Source: Nitrososphaeraceae archaeon (GTDB taxonomy: Archaea; Thermoproteota; Nitrososphaeria; Nitrososphaerales; Nitrososphaeraceae). Taken from it: a stretch of DNA of 21,185 bases. The notes beneath the pieces are model-generated. The model saw only the letters and a list, made by a program, of their open reading frames with translations, had not been told where the DNA came from and searched no databases. Both the position numbers and the translations under genes were made by a program. Positions within the stretch are counted from its first letter, which is position 1. Every line of letters starts with the position of its first letter. Of this stretch, positions 16,631 through 21,185 are shown piece after piece. The stretch covers positions 1-21,185 of the forward strand of contig JBIOZG010000052.1 in the NCBI GenBank assembly GCA_044870765.1, given 5' to 3'.

Positions 16631-18769
16631 CTATTTTGGAAAATAAATAGTTTCTGTTCCAATTGTTGCAGATTCTACTGGAAGGTAACTTGGAGAGGTA
16701 GCAATCTTTTCGGCAATTCGGAATGCTAGCGCTGAAATTGTCAATGAGGAATTAACCCCTATAGATGTTGGCACTATCCCACCATCTACTACATAAAAAT
16801 CGGGGTAAGTTTCAGTAACCGTAGCAGCATCTCCTTTGTAAACTTGGCCGAAATTATTCACTACACCATTATCTCTGTCCTTTCCCATAGAACACCCTCC
16901 AAGATTGTGAAGCACTATAGTCAAACTCCCATTAACATTTGTAGGATCCCACAGTGGCGTAGAAAAACTTTTTGAACCGCTTTTTCCCAGATACTTTGCA
17001 ATCCTTTCCATATTATTCCTCATTTTAGTAAATAATGGAGTAAGTTTGTTGGGATCGAATTCCACGTTTAGTACATTTAATGCGTTCATATCCCTATCAG
17101 GATTATTTTTCCATGAATCTTGTAACTTCACTATCCCATCGGAAGTATCTGTTCCCATTCCTGAAAGGAGTAATGTATTTGCAAGGTCTTCTTCCGAGGC
17201 TTGAATAGGAAGGTTAGTATTTCTAACGGCAACTCCTGATGGATTCTGAGTAATCATGTTTATAATTGACTGCGTAGATCCAGTTCCCACGAATGCAAGC
17301 AAACTTCTAAATGAATTTCCCTGAGATAATAGTCTTGATATACCAGAGAACATCTTAGGAATACTACTATCCTCTATTGTGTATACAAAACCGAGTCCTT
17401 CATTAAATTTAATTGCCGAAGTAACTATAGGACCTCTCGTTGCATGAATATTTGTCTTTGTAGGAGTTACCACCCCTAATAGATCTCCATTTGTGGAATA
17501 GCCCATACCTAGTCTGCTGCTGAGCTTGAGTTTTTGACCACTAGTACGTATAGTGTTTATGGACTTGAGCAAAATTTCTGTGCTTCCGATTGCTCCCGCT
17601 GCGAGAACCAATCTCTTGCAGTCCAATATTTTTTTTCTACCCCCGTCAACGAACCTAAATAATTTTACATTTAACTTGTACGAGTTAGGACCGGTATTCC
17701 AATTGAAGTCCATCTGTTTCCAGTCTCTTCCAGCGAAATCTGTATAGTATAGTCTATAGCGATAGCTAGACGAAGTCAGTGGTTCTATATCATAAACTTC
17801 GCTTAAAGCTCGTACCTCAAAATGTTTCCTTTTTGCTGGATGGTTCAAGTAATCAAATAATTTCTTGTTATTAAGATGACGGGCCAGAGGGATACATCCA
17901 AGGACACACCTACCTTGTCTCTCGCACACATTTGGTTCTGCAAAATACTTTCTTACAAGTACGGCCAATTTTTCTTGAGTCTTCAAATTGTTCTTAATAT
18001 TATCTAATATCGTCGAGTAAGAATAATTACCAGCTGAATCAAGTAAATAAGATGCCTTCTTAAATACTGTAACCTCATCTTCTCTAAATGGTATGTCAGT
18101 TATTGATAAGTCTACTGCAAAAATATCTTCAGCAGAAGTATTTTGATCAGGATCTAGAGGATCGAAGGTATTCTCATTAGTAACGACCCCTGGCGGTGAT
18201 TCTTTTTTGATTTTGTCAGCGGCGTCTTGAAAAGCCTTTGCCTTGGGTAACTTAAAGCTACTAATTCCTGCGGTAGTCGTGATCTTATTTATGCCAATGA
18301 AACCCTTTGCCATAGCAAAATAAGATGATAGGTTAGTGTGATTGATTCCGAGGCTGAGTTCAGTATCCCATCTATCAATGACAGAGTCATGAGGCTTTTC
18401 AGTAACATTTGCATAAACTAAAGAACCACCGCCTACGCCACTAGCAGCCAAAGTATGAACGTTCTTAGAAATCCTATAATCATATAGACCTCTTCTATCA
18501 ATGATGCGCAAGGTGTTTAGAAATTCGGATAATCCGTCGATATTATCAGGATACGCCCAGGTCCTGTAAGGAATATCGTTTAGCTCTAAATATTCTCTTA
18601 ATCCGGGCTTATGCTGAGTTGGGTCCACAGTTTTTTGTTCGTTGAAGCCTCGACTTTTTGGTACCTCATGGCTAATCCACCATTGCCCACGTTCAAGCAG
18701 GATTACTTTTCTTTTGTCAGGATCCGGAGCTAGCTTATCTTCCTCATGAAGTTGATTTACTAACGACAA
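16631..18769 (-). CDS. GMC oxidoreductase body (downstream fragment of the frameshifted gene)
   Basis: 712-aa ORF with GMC motifs. The frame is open from 18799, but as annotated it lacks the GxGxxG. Confidence 0.75.
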   Translation of the reverse strand: MSLVNQLHEEDKLAPDPDKRKVILLERGQWWISHEVPKSRGFNEQKTVDPTQHKPGLREYLELNDIPYRTWAYPDNIDGLSEFLNTLRIIDRRGLYDYRISKNVHTLAASGVGGGSLVYANVTEKPHDSVIDRWDTELSLGINHTNLSSYFAMAKGFIGINKITTTAGISSFKLPKAKAFQDAADKIKKESPPGVVTNENTFDPLDPDQNTSAEDIFAVDLSITDIPFREDEVTVFKKASYLLDSAGNYSYSTILDNIKNNLKTQEKLAVLVRKYFAEPNVCERQGRCVLGCIPLARHLNNKKLFDYLNHPAKRKHFEVRALSEVYDIEPLTSSSYRYRLYYTDFAGRDWKQMDFNWNTGPNSYKLNVKLFRFVDGGRKKILDCKRLVLAAGAIGSTEILLKSINTIRTSGQKLKLSSRLGMGYSTNGDLLGVVTPTKTNIHATRGPIVTSAIKFNEGLGFVYTIEDSSIPKMFSGISRLLSQGNSFRSLLAFVGTGSTQSIINMITQNPSGVAVRNTNLPIQASEEDLANTLLLSGMGTDTSDGIVKLQDSWKNNPDRDMNALNVLNVEFDPNKLTPLFTKMRNNMERIAKYLGKSGSKSFSTPLWDPTNVNGSLTIVLHNLGGCSMGKDRDNGVVNNFGQVYKGDAATVTETYPDFYVVDGGIVPTSIGVNSSLTISALAFRIAEKIATSPSYLPVESATIGTETIYFPK

Positions 18770-18774
18770 TGATG

Positions 18775-19134
18775 CTATAGTGCCACCAAATCCTGAACCT
18801 CAACTGCTTCACATTTGCTTAATTCACCGGTCTCAACTAATGGTATGAATGGTGTGGCCAAGGTTGTAGTTTTGTGAATTTCCTTTCCATCATGATCGAA
18901 AATTTTAATGTATAGATTAGGTTCGTTACTAGGCGATTCCCAAAACTCTCCAGGTTTCTTGAAATCCTCCTTCGTAAAGGCTATGCTAAATGCTCCATCA
19001 TCAAGAGTTACACTACTTCCTATTGGATCATCTAACAGGTGGATGATAGGATCCTCATCAAATACTTTAATCGTATAGTAAGGAAGAGGTTTACCAGCTC
19101 CATCTGTTAGTTTTCCTTTTAATAGAAATGACAT
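18775..19134 (-). CDS. Transthyretin-like/carboxypeptidase-regulatory-like domain (upstream fragment of the frameshifted gene)
   Basis: LKGKLTDGAGKPL..Y.IKVFDED...DD.IGS..T.DDG.F.I.F.......EPNLYIKIFD. Confidence 0.65.
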   Translation of the reverse strand: MSFLLKGKLTDGAGKPLPYYTIKVFDEDPIIHLLDDPIGSSVTLDDGAFSIAFTKEDFKKPGEFWESPSNEPNLYIKIFDHDGKEIHKTTTLATPFIPLVETGELSKCEAVEVQDLVAL

Positions 19135-19722
19135 GCAATTAGTGTTCAAACCATGTATAAAACAATTTTTTATTTACTTTATTGTTGCTCAATTTAAAAA
19201 AACATGGACTATCTTAGTAAGTGTTCGATGGATTGCAACTAGCCCATAAAAGCAATTTTTCTTTATACTTGCTTAATTTCTATCCGACCTAGAAATATCA
19301 GAACAAAATGAAATAGAAATTTTCAAGGAGTGATTGGCAGTCAGTTTCAAAATTTACTTTGTCCGCGACATTAACCAATTTCTCATGTGCTGTCCGAAAA
19401 GATATTGCTCCCCCAGATGGATGAGCCCTTTAGTTTAAGATATGCCGCGACACATACTGGAAGCTCATAGGATGCTATGGTGGCTACCATGAGGGCTAGT
19501 AGATTATTCGGAGATATTTTCGGCGCCTAAATAATTCGTTTGGCGCACTTTTGATTGACAATATTAGTACCATAGATGAGAACTGATAATGAAACTCAGA
19601 TCCTGCTTCGTATAAAGTTAAGTTAATTAACAAGTTTGGTAGGTAATAATTTGATGTCAAGAATTATTTTTGCCTCTACGACGTTATTGTTGGCTAATAG
19701 CAAGACCGCTATGTGAGTAGCA

Positions 19723-20352
19723 TTGTTCCTTAGTTTAATTTTACCTAGAATCGTAATTAGAACATTCTTAGTGACCTTAGTATCTCTATGCGTAGTTATA
19801 GCAGCTTGTTCTGACTCTTCTCTGGGCTTTAAACCTTCTAATCCTGATACTAATTCACCACAGCCTTCAATTTCCGACTCAACACCTTCAACTTCGCCAT
19901 CTACTCCCAATTTGAGTCTCAAATTGAAATTATATGAAAATGACGACTTGGGAATCAGTCTCAAATACCCGTCGGATTGGACGATTAAGAAATTAAAGGA
20001 AGGTGTCCAATTTGTAAATCAAAAAGATGCTAATTACGTGGAATTACGTGACCACGGTACGGCTACCAAAGACCTTAAAGAGTCTGTATATGATCATATA
20101 TCCTCTAGAAATGATTCTAGAACTGATTTTAAAATTCAAAATATTTCAGAAACTAAAATAGCAGGCGTTCCCTCATATGAGGTCATTTACACATTCTCAG
20201 GTGGCGGGGATCAACAAATCGAGAAAGTTTTGCGATATTATTATATAGTAAATAATAAGGAATATACCATAGCTTACATATCGAATATTGATAGTTATCA
20301 ATCCTACTTGCCAGCTGCTAAGTCCATAATAAATTCTATTGATTTCAAATAA
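19723..20352 (+). CDS. PsbP-related (Mog1p/PsbP fold) exported protein, possible lipoprotein
   Basis: YENDDLGISLKYPSDW, TKIAGVPSY...Y, Y.I.Y......Y..Y.P....IINS. Lipobox-like VIAA|C followed by an S/P/T linker. Start uncertain. Confidence 0.85.
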   Translation: MFLSLILPRIVIRTFLVTLVSLCVVIAACSDSSLGFKPSNPDTNSPQPSISDSTPSTSPSTPNLSLKLKLYENDDLGISLKYPSDWTIKKLKEGVQFVNQKDANYVELRDHGTATKDLKESVYDHISSRNDSRTDFKIQNISETKIAGVPSYEVIYTFSGGGDQQIEKVLRYYYIVNNKEYTIAYISNIDSYQSYLPAAKSIINSIDFK

Positions 20353-21185
20353 GAGAATCCTGATACATTCGACTATCTTCGTAAACATTTAGAATTATTA
20401 TCGCATTATTTAGAGTATTCCAGCAAAGCCGTTCCTGATGCTAATGCTGTTAAGCGCCATTTGGACATAGTAACTCATAAAGCAGTTTATGAAGTTATCG
20501 GTCCTATAAATGAGAATTTAGAACAGGACTGGATTGAGCTTCTTGGTTCATTACTTTCCATAGTTGCGTTGTCAAAAGATGAGCTTATTTTGACAAAAAA
20601 AGAGAAGGATTCATTTTCAAATGTAACCAATCTGAATATTTTTAATATCAGTAAAAAGCTTATGGTCCCTATTAGAGATTTATAGATTTTATCAGCAAAA
20701 TCACCCGAATCCCTTCTGGAGTACGAACGAATATTTTCACATTAACTGAATTGCTATCTGCCAATGAGTGTAATAAGTTTTTTTCTTCAAAATTGCAGTG
20801 GGAAATAATATATTATTTGAAATATTGGATCATCATTCGCTAATGTTGGATCATATCAAAAGGTAATCCATGGGTTCTTCATTCCAACGACTTATTTCTC
20901 ACATATCTACTATATTGGCTCTGTATTAACGGTCCTTAAACTAATGAAGACTTTTATTGTAGAATAATTCTTTATTATCATTGGAATATGGTGACGATCT
21001 TTATGAAGAATTTGGCAACATGTGGTTCTCATATACGGGATCTTCTCGTAAAGATTTAAAACCTTGGCACTGGAAGAATTGTAAAATATCGTTTGAAAAA
21101 AATTCAGATGAAACTATAAGATTTATGATAAAACGTATAAAAAATATATTTTTGGATAATAACACCAAATTACGTTGGGATAAGA
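20353..21185 (+). pseudogene. Degraded coding region of unknown family
   Basis: Open frame 20353-20685 with no start before TTG 20461, further short protein-like pieces, and a frame open from 20963 to the window end. Confidence 0.35.

Larger units (their letters stand above)
16631..19134 (-). pseudogene. Cholesterol-oxidase-like GMC oxidoreductase with N-terminal transthyretin-like beta domain, split by a frameshift at about 18800
   Basis: Upstream frame ends ...KCEAV, then a 2-nt remnant GA, then GSGFGGTIASLSL in the downstream frame (the FAD-binding GxGxxG). Downstream motifs: LLERG, GVGGGSLVYANV, CERQGRCVLGC, LAAGAIGSTEILL, STNGD, HNLGGC, VVDGG, NSSLTISALA. Confidence 0.85.

Noticed and set aside
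9642-17747. Short ORFs opposite the trypsin, phosphoesterase, prodomain, S8, TIR and GMC genes
   Set aside because: Antisense to well-supported genes, with no independent signal.
19623-20388. Minus-strand ORFs 19623-19964 and 20197-20388
   Set aside because: Antisense shadows of the PsbP-like gene.

Overview
AT-rich accessory region with no housekeeping genes, rRNA, complete tRNA, CRISPR array or intact mobile element. The gene families (stand-alone Cache, FxLYD, PsbP-like, NHL and Zn-finger micro-proteins) and TATA boxes about 22-30 nt upstream of start codons suggest an archaeon, probably a soil ammonia oxidiser of the Nitrososphaeraceae (inference). The left part encodes secreted/membrane proteins, two with internal repeat expansions. 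The middle holds micro-proteins, a cytoplasmic trypsin-like protease and a secreted metallophosphoesterase. The right part holds a minus-strand run: a frameshifted GMC oxidoreductase, a TIR-TM-NHL receptor-like protein, and a compact unit of a 38-aa peptide ORF, a CspA-like intracellular subtilase and a free-standing copy of a subtilase prodomain. That three-gene protease module and the TIR receptor are the best candidates for an undescribed system. Two families of short dispersed intergenic repeats with tRNA-like motifs were also seen. All family calls come from motif recognition by eye, without database searches.
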